Below are positions 39,638 through 49,983 of a stretch of DNA of 64,000 nt, in pieces. The stretch's first letter is position 1, and each line of letters begins with the position of its first letter. The DNA comes from Emcibacter sp. (lineage in GTDB: Bacteria > Pseudomonadota > Alphaproteobacteria > Sphingomonadales > Emcibacteraceae). Location: positions 2,969,187 to 3,033,186 of the forward strand of contig NZ_OY776217.1 of NCBI RefSeq assembly GCF_963675455.1, read 5' to 3'. Both the position numbers and the translations under genes were made by a program. The notes beneath the pieces were generated by a model. The model ran no database searches. It saw nothing but the letters and a program-made list of their open reading frames with translations, and was not told the DNA's origin.

Positions 39638-40378
39638 ATGACCGACCAGTCATCACAGTTTCCGCGTTTTTATGTGACTGCTGCTTCACCCTGCCCTTAC
39701 CTTCCTGATTTGATGGAAAGGAAAGTCTTTACGGAGTTGAGCGGTGACAATCCGGACAGCCTGCATGATTCCCTGACCCAGGTCGGATTCCGGCGCAGCC
39801 AGGATATTGTTTACCGGCCGACCTGCGAAGGTTGCAGCCGGTGCATTTCCGTCCGCATTCCGGTCCGGAAATTCAAGGCCAACAGAACCCAGAAAAGAAT
39901 CTTCAAAACCAACAGTGACATCAAGGTCTCGGTGATCCCAAACCGGGTCACGGATGAACAATACAGCCTGTTGCAACAATATCTGAAAAGGCGGCATCCG
40001 GAGGGCGGCATGGCTGAAATGTCCTTCAATGAATATCAGGACATGGCGGAAAGCAGCCCCATCAGCACCCATCTGGTGGAATATCGCCTGCCGGGTGAAA
40101 AACTATCCGATAAAGGAAAACTGATCGGTGTCGCCCTGACCGATGAACTGCAGGATGGCCTGAGCATGGTTTACAGCTTCTTTGATATTGACGAAAGCAT
40201 GTCAAAACGAAGCCTCGGCACCTTTGCAATCCTCAGCCATATTGCCCTCGCCCGGGAGCATTTCCTAGGCTATATCTATCTGGGCTACTGGGTGAAGAAC
40301 AGCCCGAAGATGGCCTACAAGCAGAATTTCAAACCGCTGGAGCTGCTCAGCCCGAACGGCTGGGCCCTCAAGCGCTGA
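39638..40378 (+). CDS. bpt: arginyltransferase / aspartate-glutamate leucyltransferase (Bpt, N-degron pathway)
   Basis: 246 aa. FYVTAASPCPYLPDLMERKVF...GFRRSQDIVYRPTCEGCSRCISVRI...YIYLGYWV. Confidence 0.9.
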   Translation: MTDQSSQFPRFYVTAASPCPYLPDLMERKVFTELSGDNPDSLHDSLTQVGFRRSQDIVYRPTCEGCSRCISVRIPVRKFKANRTQKRIFKTNSDIKVSVIPNRVTDEQYSLLQQYLKRRHPEGGMAEMSFNEYQDMAESSPISTHLVEYRLPGEKLSDKGKLIGVALTDELQDGLSMVYSFFDIDESMSKRSLGTFAILSHIALAREHFLGYIYLGYWVKNSPKMAYKQNFKPLELLSPNGWALKR

Positions 40379-40478
40379 TCCCGTCACTTTTTTGTCAATC
40401 TTGACCTGCACTATTGTCTTTGCAGACAGGCTAACTATACTGCAAAAAAACTGACAAAAATCACATAAGGGATATTCC

Positions 40479-41582
40479 ATGGAACGCCGCAAATTCCTGA
40501 AAACTTCTGCACTCGGATCAGTTGGTATCGCTACAGCGGGGCTTGCCGCGCCGGCCTACGCCGCGGGTAAGCGGCGCCTGAAAATGGTCACCACCTGGCC
40601 CAAGAATTTTCCCGGAATCGGCACCCGTGCCGTACAGTTCGCCAAGGATGTGGAAGACGCAACCGACGGCGATATCCAGATCAAGGTCTATGCGGCAGGT
40701 GAACTGGTGCCGGCTCTTGGTGCCTTTGACGCGGTTTCCGGCGGCAAAGCGGACGTCTATCACGGCGTGGACTATTACTGGCAGGGCAAGCACAAGGCTT
40801 TCTCTTTTTTCGGTGCCGTACCCTTCGGCCTGACCCCTCAGGAAATGGTGCAATGGCTCTATTATGGCGGCGGCCAGGAACTGTGGGACGAACTGTCCGG
40901 CCAGTTTAATGTCAAACCCCTGCTGTGCGGCAACACCAGCATGCAGATGGGCGGCTGGTTCAAAAAGGAAATTAATACGCTCGAGGATTTCAAGGGGCTG
41001 CGCATGCGTATTCCCGGTATGGGTGGTGAAATCCTCAAACGCATGGGAGCCACACCGGTCACCAAATCCGGTGGCGAGATTTTCCTCGCCCTCAGCCAGG
41101 GCAATATCGATGCCTCCGAATGGGTTGGCCCCTGGAACGACCTGGCTTTCGGCTTTTATAAAATCGCACCCTATTATTACACATCGGTTTTCCATGAACC
41201 CAGCGCCTCTGTGGCCGCCGGCTTCAACAGGGAAGTCTGGAACAGCCTGAGTAAAAACCATCAGACCATCATCAAGGCTGTTGCCGGCGACAATCACCAG
41301 AAATCTGTTGCCGAATTCAATGCCCAGAATATTGTTGCCCTGCGTACCCTGGTCGAAAAACATGACGTCAAGCTGAGGCAGTTCTCACCTGAGATCATGA
41401 AAAAACTGGCAGACGTGGCCAGCGACGTGGTCCGCGAAACCGGTGAAACGGATGATCTGTCCCGGCGGATTTACAACAGTTATATGGAAACACGCCGCGC
41501 CGCCATGGACTGGGCGAAGATCGCCGACGAACCTTATTTTGCCAACCGGCGCCTACCCGAAAACTATGGCGAAAAAATATAA
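40479..41582 (+). CDS. TRAP transporter substrate-binding protein (DctP family, Tat-type signal peptide)
   Basis: 367 aa. It has MERRKFLKTSALGSVGIATAGLAAPAYA and a DctP-like fold pattern. Confidence 0.88.
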   Translation: MERRKFLKTSALGSVGIATAGLAAPAYAAGKRRLKMVTTWPKNFPGIGTRAVQFAKDVEDATDGDIQIKVYAAGELVPALGAFDAVSGGKADVYHGVDYYWQGKHKAFSFFGAVPFGLTPQEMVQWLYYGGGQELWDELSGQFNVKPLLCGNTSMQMGGWFKKEINTLEDFKGLRMRIPGMGGEILKRMGATPVTKSGGEIFLALSQGNIDASEWVGPWNDLAFGFYKIAPYYYTSVFHEPSASVAAGFNREVWNSLSKNHQTIIKAVAGDNHQKSVAEFNAQNIVALRTLVEKHDVKLRQFSPEIMKKLADVASDVVRETGETDDLSRRIYNSYMETRRAAMDWAKIADEPYFANRRLPENYGEKI

Positions 41583-41599
41583 AGCCTTTATAACATACG

Positions 41600-42136
41600 G
41601 TGATGATAGAAAAAATTACCGGCGTCATAGATCTGATCAATGAAAAGCTCGGGCGAATTATCGCCTGGGCTACATTGATTCTGGTTCTGGTCCAGTTCGG
41701 AATCGTCATTACCCATTACATCTTCAGGGACGGCAGCATTTTCCTGCAGGAAAGCCTGCTGTATCTGCACAGCCTGATCTTTCTGGGGGCTGCCGGCTAT
41801 ACCCTGAAACACAACGGGCATGTCCGGGTTGACGTTTTCTACGGAAATTTTTCGGAAAAGGCCAAAGCCTGGGTCAATCTCCTCGGCACCCTGCTTTTCC
41901 TGACGCCGGTGACCGTTGTGATCGGCTGGTACAGCTGGCCATTCGTCATGGACAGCTGGTCGGCCATGGAAGGCAGCATTGAATCCAGCGGCATCCAGGC
42001 CGTCTACCTGCTGAAAAGCATGATCCTGCTGTTTGTATTCTTTATCCTGTTGCAGGGCCTGAGCCTAGTCCTGCACAGCCTGCGTATCATCCGGGGCGCC
42101 GAGCATCTGACAGAAGAAAAGCTGGAGGTCGTGTAA
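41600..42136 (+). CDS. TRAP transporter small permease (DctQ family)
   Basis: 178 aa with 4 TM segments. Its stop overlaps the start of the large permease. Confidence 0.85.
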   Translation: MMIEKITGVIDLINEKLGRIIAWATLILVLVQFGIVITHYIFRDGSIFLQESLLYLHSLIFLGAAGYTLKHNGHVRVDVFYGNFSEKAKAWVNLLGTLLFLTPVTVVIGWYSWPFVMDSWSAMEGSIESSGIQAVYLLKSMILLFVFFILLQGLSLVLHSLRIIRGAEHLTEEKLEVV

Positions 42137-43707
42137 TGGAACTTGCCGCCCTGCTCTGCCTGTTAATGTTCGTAACCGCCTGTATCCTTTTATTAAGCGG
42201 TTATCCGGTAGCCTTTACCCTTGGCGGCACCGCCCTGCTGTTTGCGGCCATCGGCCTGCTGACCGGCGAGTTTGATCCGGACTTTATCGGCCTGATCCCG
42301 GAACGGATCTTTGGCACCATGACCAATGACACCCTTCTGGCAGTGCCGTTGTTTGTGTTCATGGGGGTAATGCTGGAACGCAGCAAGATCGCCGAGGAAC
42401 TTCTGGAAAGTATGGCTCAGTTGATGGGCCGGGTGCGCGGCGGCCTTGGTATTTCCGTTACCATTGTCGGCGCCCTGCTCGCCGCCAGTACCGGCATTGT
42501 CGGCGCCACCGTGGTCACCATGGGCCTGCTGAGCCTGCCAACCATGCTTAAACGCGGCTACAGCCCTTCGCTGGCGGCTGGCTCCATCGCCGCCGCCGGT
42601 ACCCTTGGACAGATCATTCCGCCCAGTATCGTACTGGTTCTGCTGGGTGACCAGCTTTCTTCCGCCTGGCAGGCCGCCCAGCTTGAAATGGGCAACTGGT
42701 CGCCGGAACCTCTGTCAGTGGGTGACCTGTTCGCCGGCGCCCTTATTCCCGGCCTCGGTCTTGTCCTGCTGTATATCATTTACCAGTTCATCGTTTCAGT
42801 TCTGCATCCCAGCGCCGCACCGCCGGTGGAAGATACCACTGGATCCCGTAACCAGCTTTCTTTCGGTCGCCTGATGGCGGCCTTCCTGCCGCCGATCCTG
42901 CTCATCATTGCCGTTCTGGGCTCGATCCTGGCCGGGATCGCCACCCCGACCGAAGCTGCCGCCGTGGGGGCGGTCGGCGCCATCCTGATGGCAGGGTACC
43001 GGGCTGATATTCAGAATGCCAAACCGGTTTATGCCGCCACCTTCGCCCTTGCGGCGCTTCTGGTTATTGCCCAGCTTTTTGACCTGCGCATGGGCCGGGA
43101 AAATGCTGCCGCCGGAGACATCATCGCCATAATGTTGTCCGGCCTACTCTGTGGCTTTGTGATCTGGGGCATTGTCGTCAGCCTGATGCGCGCCCACGGT
43201 CAGAAAATCCTGCAGGAAGTGATGCACTCGACCACCCGGATCAGTTCCATGATCTTCGTGATCCTTATTGGCGCCGCCCTGTTCTCGCTGGTCTTCAAGG
43301 GACTTTACGGCGACGAATATATCCATGACTTCCTTACCGATCTGCCCGGCGGCAAGCTCGGGGCGCTGATCCTGGTCATGCTGGTGATGTTTGTACTCGG
43401 CTTCTTCCTAGATTTTATCGAGATCACCTTTGTCGTGGTTCCCATCGTGGCGCCGGTATTGCTGATGATGGATATCAATCCCATATGGCTCGGCATCATG
43501 ATGGCCATGAACCTGCAGACAAGCTTTCTCACCCCGCCATTCGGTTTTGCCCTGTTCTATCTGCGCGGCGTGACCCCGCCGGAAGTCAGGACCATCCATA
43601 TCTACAAGGGGGTCATGCCTTACGTAGCGATCCAGATACTGGCGCTGGTGATATTGTGGAACTGGCCGGCTCTGACAACCTGGCTGCCGAGCGTGATTTT
43701 CGGGTAG
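42136..43707 (+). CDS. TRAP transporter large permease (DctM family)
   Basis: 523 aa, polytopic, with the DctM pattern (FMGVMLERSKIAEEL...). Confidence 0.9.
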   Translation: MELAALLCLLMFVTACILLLSGYPVAFTLGGTALLFAAIGLLTGEFDPDFIGLIPERIFGTMTNDTLLAVPLFVFMGVMLERSKIAEELLESMAQLMGRVRGGLGISVTIVGALLAASTGIVGATVVTMGLLSLPTMLKRGYSPSLAAGSIAAAGTLGQIIPPSIVLVLLGDQLSSAWQAAQLEMGNWSPEPLSVGDLFAGALIPGLGLVLLYIIYQFIVSVLHPSAAPPVEDTTGSRNQLSFGRLMAAFLPPILLIIAVLGSILAGIATPTEAAAVGAVGAILMAGYRADIQNAKPVYAATFALAALLVIAQLFDLRMGRENAAAGDIIAIMLSGLLCGFVIWGIVVSLMRAHGQKILQEVMHSTTRISSMIFVILIGAALFSLVFKGLYGDEYIHDFLTDLPGGKLGALILVMLVMFVLGFFLDFIEITFVVVPIVAPVLLMMDINPIWLGIMMAMNLQTSFLTPPFGFALFYLRGVTPPEVRTIHIYKGVMPYVAIQILALVILWNWPALTTWLPSVIFG

Positions 43708-43984
43708 ATAATCCCCTAGAAACGTAGGCCAAATCGTCGCTGAAATATCCGGAATGTTGTCCTTCGGCGGAGAATACCATTAAATTTCAGCCTACGCCTC
43801 AGGTTATGGTGAAATCGCCCTCTATGTAGGGAATGCCCTTTGTGCATTGTCTTGGCAGACAGCTTCTTCATCAGACTCAACATGGCAATCATGACGACAC
43901 CTCCTGTCTTTAATCTGAACAGGAATAATATACATCATAGTGCGGGATTTTTACACTGGACGATACAACCTGAAATCCAGTCCA

Positions 43985-44536
43985 TCACATATCGCGAATT
44001 TCATGCTCCAGAATGGCCCATCTTTCGTGGTCCTTCCATTCGCCGCCGATCTGCAGATATTCCGGTGAAAATCCTTCCTTGCGGAATCCGAGTTTACGTA
44101 CAAGCCGTAGCGAAGCCTCGTTATCGGGTTGGATATTGGCCTCAAGCCGGTGCAGGCCAACTTTTTCGACGGCAAACTGCAGGACAAGTTTCAGGCCTTC
44201 CGACATATAGCCCTTGCCGGCCCCCTCCCGGGATCCGTAATAGCCGAGGGAGGCGCTGCGCACCGGCCCCATCAGGATGTTATTCAGGTTAATGATCCCG
44301 ACCAGCTTCTCGTCTTCATTGCGAACGATGAAAAAGCCGAGCACCCGGCCCTGTGAAATCCGCTTGAGATAGTCGTTAAAAAACCGGGGATCTTCAGCAT
44401 GATAAATCCAGGGCTGGTGATAGTCCTTGTTTTCCTGGATAAACAGCTGATACGCCGCCTTCAGGTGCGGCCCCGGCGGATAAAGATGAACCAGCTCACC
44501 TTTTTTGAGCGGACGGGGTGGAATTATCCTGATCAT
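43985..44536 (-). CDS. GNAT family N-acetyltransferase (RimJ/RimL-like)
   Basis: 183 aa. LGYYGSREGAGKGYMSEGLKLVLQFAVEKVGLHRLEANIQPDNEASLRLVRKLGFRKEG. Confidence 0.88.
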   Translation of the reverse strand: MIRIIPPRPLKKGELVHLYPPGPHLKAAYQLFIQENKDYHQPWIYHAEDPRFFNDYLKRISQGRVLGFFIVRNEDEKLVGIINLNNILMGPVRSASLGYYGSREGAGKGYMSEGLKLVLQFAVEKVGLHRLEANIQPDNEASLRLVRKLGFRKEGFSPEYLQIGGEWKDHERWAILEHEIRDM

Positions 44537-44556
44537 GTCTCCACCCCTGCCCGAAC

Positions 44557-46788
44557 TTATTTGAACCGGTTATTCTGCGGAAAACCGTGCGGTGGCATAC
44601 GGCCAACCTGGCCGCGCTTGCCGATCCACGGCGTCAGATCGGTTTCCGTCCGGGTCTTGCCGCCCTTCATTGACCAGCTCAGCCCCTCGGCAAGCGTAAA
44701 GCAGATGATATCGCTCAGGGTGGCGTCCTTGTATTTCTGGATAATAGCCCCCCGGCCCCGGTTCATTTCCGCCATATCAGACAGCGGGAAGATCAGGAGC
44801 TTGCGATTGCGGCCGATCACCGCCACCGTATCCTGGTCTTTATCGACCTGGATGACACTGTGCGGTTTGTTCTTGCCGTCTTCCACATTGAGTATCTGCT
44901 TGCCGTTTTTAGTGCTGGCTACAACATTGTCCGCATCTGTCATGAAACCGCGCCCGGCATGGGTGGCAAGGATAAGACGGGTGCCCGCCTTAAAGGGAAG
45001 CACTGAGACGATTTCCTCGTCATTGCCAAGATCAATCATCAGACGCACCGGCTCGCCATGACCGCGCCCGCCGGGCAGTTTATCCCCGCCCAGGGTATAG
45101 AAACGGCCGTTACTGGCGAAGAGCAGGATCTTGTCGGTGGTATAGGCGTGAAAACCGAATTTGGCCTTGTCGCCTTCCTTGTATTTGATGGTGTCATCCA
45201 CCGCCACATGGCCCTTCATGGCCCGGATCCAGCCTTTTTCGGAACAGATCACCGTGATTGGCTCTTTTTCGATCATGGCCTCGATGGGAATGATTTCCGC
45301 CGTCGGGGCATCGGCAAATGTGGTGCGGCGCTTGCCAAGTTCTGTCTTGTTGCCAAAGCGCGCCTTGATTCCCCGGACCCCGTCAGAAATAGCGTTCCAT
45401 TGTTTTTCCTCGCTGGCCAGAAGCTCCTGAAGTTCCTTCTGTTCCGCTTCAAGTTCCGCATATTCGCGGCGGATTTCCATTTCCTCCAGCTTGCGCAGGC
45501 TGCGCAGGCGCATATTGAGGATGGCTTCCGCCTGGACTTCGGTCAGCTCGAAGGTGCGCATCAGATCCTTCTTGGGTTCGTCCTCCTCGCGAATGATGCG
45601 AATGACTTCATCCAGATTGAGGTAAGCAACCAGATAGCCGCCGAGGATCTCCAGCCGGTGTTCGATCTTGCCGAGCCGGTAATTAGACCCCCTGATCAGA
45701 ACCTCAAGCCGGTGATCGAGGAAACATTGCAGCACTTCCCGCAGGTTCATCACTCGCGGCGACGTGCCCTTGTCCAGCACATTCATATTGAGGGGAAAAC
45801 GGGTTTCCAGGTCGGTCAGCCGATACAGGCTTTCCATCAGGATTTCCGGCTCCACGGTGCGGCTTTTGGGCTCCAGCACAATGCGGATGTCATCGGAACT
45901 TTCGTCCCGCACGTCAGCCAGTATGGGAAGCCTTTTTTCGTATATCAGGTCTGCGATCTTTTCGATCAGCTTGGATTTCTGGACCTGATAGGGAATTTCG
46001 GTGACAACGATATGGTAGGATCCACGACTGCCTTCCTCCACTTCCCAGCGGGCGCGCAGGCGGAAACCGCCACGACCGGTCTCGTAAGCCTGGACAATAT
46101 TTTCCCCCGGCTCGACGACAATACCCCCAGTCGGAAAATCAGGACCCGGTATGAAGTCCACCAGTTTGCGAATCGAGGCATTGGGAAATTTGATCAGATG
46201 CAACAATGCGTCACAAAGTTCGGACACGTTGTGCGGCGGCACACTGGTCGCCATACCGACGGCGATACCCGCCGCCCCGTTGGCCAGAAGATTGGGGAAA
46301 TTGGCCGGCATGACCACCGGTTCCTCTTCCTCCCCGTCATAGGTTTCCCGGAAATCAACAGTATCCTCGTCCAGCCCTTCCATCAGGGCAACGGCAACCT
46401 CTGTCAGGCGGGCTTCGGTATATCGCATGGCTGCGGCATTATCGCCGTCGATATTGCCGAAGTTACCCTGGCCATCGACCATGGGATAACGCACGGCAAA
46501 TTCCTGGGACATGCGGACCATCGCGTCATAGACCGACTGGTCGCCGTGCGGGTGGTATTTACCGATCACATCGCCGACCACACGGGCGCATTTCTTGAAG
46601 CCGGTTTCCGGGTTCAGTTTCAGCAGCCGCATGGCATAAAGCAGGCGGCGATGCACGGGCTTGAGACCGTCGCGCACGTCCGGCAATGACCGGGACATGA
46701 TGGTTGACAGGGCATAGGACAAATAACGCTCACCCAGGGTATCACCGAGCGGCGCGTCAAGGATATTATCTTCGGGTTGAATACTCAT
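44557..46788 (-). CDS. parC: DNA topoisomerase IV subunit A
   Basis: 743 aa. [17 protein letters not shown], the AAMRYTE active-site Tyr region, and a short beta-pinwheel C-terminal domain typical of ParC rather than GyrA. Confidence 0.92.
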   Translation of the reverse strand: MSIQPEDNILDAPLGDTLGERYLSYALSTIMSRSLPDVRDGLKPVHRRLLYAMRLLKLNPETGFKKCARVVGDVIGKYHPHGDQSVYDAMVRMSQEFAVRYPMVDGQGNFGNIDGDNAAAMRYTEARLTEVAVALMEGLDEDTVDFRETYDGEEEEPVVMPANFPNLLANGAAGIAVGMATSVPPHNVSELCDALLHLIKFPNASIRKLVDFIPGPDFPTGGIVVEPGENIVQAYETGRGGFRLRARWEVEEGSRGSYHIVVTEIPYQVQKSKLIEKIADLIYEKRLPILADVRDESSDDIRIVLEPKSRTVEPEILMESLYRLTDLETRFPLNMNVLDKGTSPRVMNLREVLQCFLDHRLEVLIRGSNYRLGKIEHRLEILGGYLVAYLNLDEVIRIIREEDEPKKDLMRTFELTEVQAEAILNMRLRSLRKLEEMEIRREYAELEAEQKELQELLASEEKQWNAISDGVRGIKARFGNKTELGKRRTTFADAPTAEIIPIEAMIEKEPITVICSEKGWIRAMKGHVAVDDTIKYKEGDKAKFGFHAYTTDKILLFASNGRFYTLGGDKLPGGRGHGEPVRLMIDLGNDEEIVSVLPFKAGTRLILATHAGRGFMTDADNVVASTKNGKQILNVEDGKNKPHSVIQVDKDQDTVAVIGRNRKLLIFPLSDMAEMNRGRGAIIQKYKDATLSDIICFTLAEGLSWSMKGGKTRTETDLTPWIGKRGQVGRMPPHGFPQNNRFK

Positions 46789-46856
46789 AGGCAGACTATA
46801 TCAATTATTTTTCCGGGTGCCAGAAGTTGTTGCGACCTTGTTTATTTTTTCCCGGC

Positions 46857-47705
46857 TTACGCCTCCGAAGTCAGGGAAACATTAAATATGCCTTTCTTAC
46901 GCATGTTGTCTCCATGTTCCTTGAATATGGTACCCAGAAGCGGGACTTTGCTAGATTCCCGGACAAGCAGTTCAGCTTCATGAAGGATCTGCTCCTCGTC
47001 AATGTCACCAATGTCCTCCCTGATCTCCTCCAGCAAAGCGCTGCGTCCTGAATGATCCTTATTCACATGCCAGAGCGACACAACCTGCTTCAGACTCAAA
47101 TTGCCAATAGCCCGGTCGCTAAAGGGATAATCAACAGGAAAGTCCTGATGAAGCCGGTACATTTCAAGCCTTTCGAGAAGTGTCGTGCATCGCATCCACA
47201 GATAAACGGCTTTGAACATCAACATCTTCTGGAAATCTGTCCTCACCCTTTCATCCGCCTTCACACTTAGCGAGAGACGCCAGAAGGTGCGGATTTCGAT
47301 ATCAATGTTGCGGAACCGGACATGCATGCGCATAATCTCGGCCATCAGATTTTTCGGTAAAATGCTGATCTGCTCGTTCTTGATGGTGATCGGAACATCG
47401 GAGAGATAATAAAGCTTCTCTATCTGATATTTCTCCAGAAGCCTTGAACCGTCAACAGCGTCTTTGAGAACCTTGAGATTCGCTATCGTATGTTCCCGGA
47501 AATTATTGATTTCCGCCAGGACAATGTCGGCAATGTCCCGTTTTTTCTTGCGACGTTCGTAGGTATCCCAGAGAATTTTGCCGAGAGCGGCCAGAATAGC
47601 CGTCGAAAGCCCTACAAAGATAACGTTATCCGCCCCATAATTAAGAAAACAGAAGACGGCCACCACGATAACGATAGAAAAGGCAACAACCATATAAAGC
47701 TGCAT
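46857..47705 (-). CDS. hypothetical membrane-anchored protein (orphan)
   Basis: 282 aa. Two N-terminal TM helices are followed by RRKKKR and a helical soluble domain. AAGGGG lies 8 nt before the ATG. Two 60-nt lines hand-counted at 42% and 50% G+C, below the flanking genes. No family recognised. Confidence 0.55.
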   Translation of the reverse strand: MQLYMVVAFSIVIVVAVFCFLNYGADNVIFVGLSTAILAALGKILWDTYERRKKKRDIADIVLAEINNFREHTIANLKVLKDAVDGSRLLEKYQIEKLYYLSDVPITIKNEQISILPKNLMAEIMRMHVRFRNIDIEIRTFWRLSLSVKADERVRTDFQKMLMFKAVYLWMRCTTLLERLEMYRLHQDFPVDYPFSDRAIGNLSLKQVVSLWHVNKDHSGRSALLEEIREDIGDIDEEQILHEAELLVRESSKVPLLGTIFKEHGDNMRKKGIFNVSLTSEA

Positions 47706-47768
47706 GGAAAAACCCCTTTTTTCCGGTCAAGTTTACCTTTTTCGGACCGCTGTATCAATCTCCGAATT

Positions 47769-48497
47769 TTACAGAATATGATCCATCAGCATCTGCCGGG
47801 CCTGGGGAATTTTGCGGCTGTGCGGGGTCAGCATATGACGTTCCAGAAAGAACTCGGTCAGATGCAAACCGTCGCGGACCTCTTCGGCCGTGACTTCCTG
47901 TCCGTTCCCCAAAAGAAAAGCAGGCAGCGGCAGCATTTTGTCACTATAGGGTCGACCGGCGGCACGGGACACCGCCCGGCCTGATTTGGGGGAGACATAA
48001 ACAAGGTCCTCGGTCACCCCGGTTGCGGCACAACAGCTGAGATCGAGACCGAATCCCAGTTCGCCCAGAAGTCCCAGCTCCCAGCGCACCAGCAGCGGTC
48101 CCCAGTCGGTGACCTTCCCATCGCCTTCTTCCACCACATCCAGAAGGGCGATCAGGCCGTCGAGCAACGGTGCATGTTCCTCACGCTCCGGCAGGCAGGC
48201 GCTGAGCAGAGCCGTCACCGCATTAAGCACGGCCAGCTTGCCGGCATGATGCAGGAACACCGCCGAGCGGGATTGTTTCAGTTCGACCTGATAGGTGCCG
48301 AGATGGCTTTCCAGCCGTCCCCGCCAGTGCAGATCCACCTCATTGCCCGGCTGTAAATTACCGCGCTGTCGCCGGCCCATTCCGCCCTTGACCAGTCCGC
48401 CGTGCCTGCCGTGGGCACGGGTCAGCACCTCGATAATGGCGTCGAATTCGCCATGCTTCCTGAGCGATAAAATAATGCCTTCGTCCCGCCAGTCCAT
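47769..48497 (-). CDS. recO: DNA repair protein RecO
   Basis: 242 aa. MDWRDEGIILSLRKHGEFDAIIEVLTRAHGRHGGLVKGG... Confidence 0.9.
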   Translation of the reverse strand: MDWRDEGIILSLRKHGEFDAIIEVLTRAHGRHGGLVKGGMGRRQRGNLQPGNEVDLHWRGRLESHLGTYQVELKQSRSAVFLHHAGKLAVLNAVTALLSACLPEREEHAPLLDGLIALLDVVEEGDGKVTDWGPLLVRWELGLLGELGFGLDLSCCAATGVTEDLVYVSPKSGRAVSRAAGRPYSDKMLPLPAFLLGNGQEVTAEEVRDGLHLTEFFLERHMLTPHSRKIPQARQMLMDHIL

Positions 48498-48610
48498 TCA
48501 GGGTCCTTTTTGTTTCACTTCATCAATATCTTCTTCCGGGATGCTTGCCAAGGCTCTTGGCAGTACAAACCAGTATGATATGATCCGGCAACATTTAACG
48601 GAGGCCATTC

Positions 48611-49972
48611 ATGTCCCAATATCCCAGTAACAGCCATTATCCCATCGTTCCGCCGACCACCAACTTCCGGGCGATGGAGGAGAATGGCCCCCAGATCATG
48701 GCCCGGGGCAAGGGCATCTACCAGTGGGACAAGGCGGGCAAGCAGTATCTGGAAGGCATGGCCGGCCTCTGGTGCACGTCCCTCGGCTATGGTAACGAGG
48801 AAATCGCCGAGACCGCCGCCGAGGCCATGCGGACCATGGGATTCGCCCATATGTTTTCCGGCCGCAGTCATGAAGCCGGTATCAGGCTCGCAGAAAAACT
48901 GACAGAGATGTTGCCGATGGAGGACAGCCGGATCTTTTTCGGTGTCTCCGGATCCGACGCCAATGACACCCAGATCAAGCTGATGCGCTATTATTTCAAC
49001 GCCATCGGCAAACCGGAAAAGAAAAAAATCATCAGCCGTCACCTGGCCTATCACGGCGTGACCCTGGCCAGCGGCAGCCTGACCGGCATTCCCGTAAACC
49101 ATGCCCTGTTTGATTTACCGCTCCCCGGTTTTCTGCATACGGAATGCCCCTTTTACTACCGGGACAGTATGGACGGGGAAAGTGAGACGGATTATGCAGA
49201 CCGGGTGCTGGTTTACCTGGAGAAAATGATCCAGACCGAGGGACCGGACACCATTGCCGCCTTTATCGCCGAGCCGATCATGGGCGCCGGCGGGGTGATC
49301 CTGCCGCCCGAGGGATATTTCCCCAAACTGCGGGCATTGCTGGATAAATATGACATCTTCCTGATTGATGACGAGGTGATCTGTGGTTTCGGCCGCACCG
49401 GCAATGCCTTCGGCTGCGAGACCTTCGGCTTCCGGCCCGACACCATGAGCATGGCCAAGGCCCTGACCAGCGCCTATATGCCGCTGTCTGCCGTCGCCAT
49501 CCCGGAAAGCATGTATCAGGCCATGGTTGATCCCTGCGCCGAACAGGGCGCCTTCGGTCACGGTTTTACCTACAGCGGCCACCCGGTCAGCGCCGCCGTG
49601 GCCCTGAAAGTTCTGGAAATTTACGAGCGGGAAAATGTCTTCGCACATGCAGCAAAAATGGGGGCCTACCTGCAGCAAAAACTGCAGCATTTTTCCGATC
49701 ACCCACTGGTTGGCAACGTGCGCGGTACCGGCCTTATTGCCGGTGTTCACCTGATGAAGGACAAGGAAACCCGAACTCCGTTCAAACCGGGAATCGCCGG
49801 ACCTACCGTTATTGCCGCCTGCTTCGAGAACGGCCTGGTCCTGCGTAACCTGGGTGACGTTATCGCCATATGTCCACCGCTGGTCATCACCGAGCCGGAA
49901 ATTGACGAACTTGTCGACAAACTTGGCAAGAGCCTGGATAGCGCGCAGGAAAAAACAGGCCTGAAAGGCTAA
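48611..49972 (+). CDS. class-III (omega) aminotransferase family protein
   Basis: 453 aa. AGLWCTSLGYG, FIAEPIMGAGGVI, DEVICGFGRTG, and the lysine region MSMAKALTSAY. Confidence 0.9.
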   Translation: MSQYPSNSHYPIVPPTTNFRAMEENGPQIMARGKGIYQWDKAGKQYLEGMAGLWCTSLGYGNEEIAETAAEAMRTMGFAHMFSGRSHEAGIRLAEKLTEMLPMEDSRIFFGVSGSDANDTQIKLMRYYFNAIGKPEKKKIISRHLAYHGVTLASGSLTGIPVNHALFDLPLPGFLHTECPFYYRDSMDGESETDYADRVLVYLEKMIQTEGPDTIAAFIAEPIMGAGGVILPPEGYFPKLRALLDKYDIFLIDDEVICGFGRTGNAFGCETFGFRPDTMSMAKALTSAYMPLSAVAIPESMYQAMVDPCAEQGAFGHGFTYSGHPVSAAVALKVLEIYERENVFAHAAKMGAYLQQKLQHFSDHPLVGNVRGTGLIAGVHLMKDKETRTPFKPGIAGPTVIAACFENGLVLRNLGDVIAICPPLVITEPEIDELVDKLGKSLDSAQEKTGLKG

Positions 49973-49983
49973 CTGGTGGCGGG

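Noticed and set aside
40379-40478. 9-nt inverted repeat TTTTTGTCA ... TGACAAAAA upstream of the TRAP transporter operon.
   Set aside because: It is AT-rich and short, with arms about 60 bp apart. No regulator gene is adjacent, so there is not enough support to call an operator.
43924-43950. dif-like core: the reverse complement contains ATGTATATTAT, matching the centre of the E. coli XerCD dif site, not far from parC.
   Set aside because: The flanking 11-nt arms match the XerC/XerD arms poorly (about 4-5 of 11 each) and are not mutually palindromic. An 11-nt AT-rich match is likely to be chance.
45058-46689. 543-aa plus-strand ORF inside parC. Similar cases are 51993..53543 (516 aa inside valS), 62757..63812 (351 aa opposite the cysK-like gene), 5967..7121, 17264..18238 and 40518..41363.
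   Set aside because: All are antisense to genes with strong family signatures. Their translations are arginine/glycine/histidine-rich with no motifs, so they are codon-bias artefacts.
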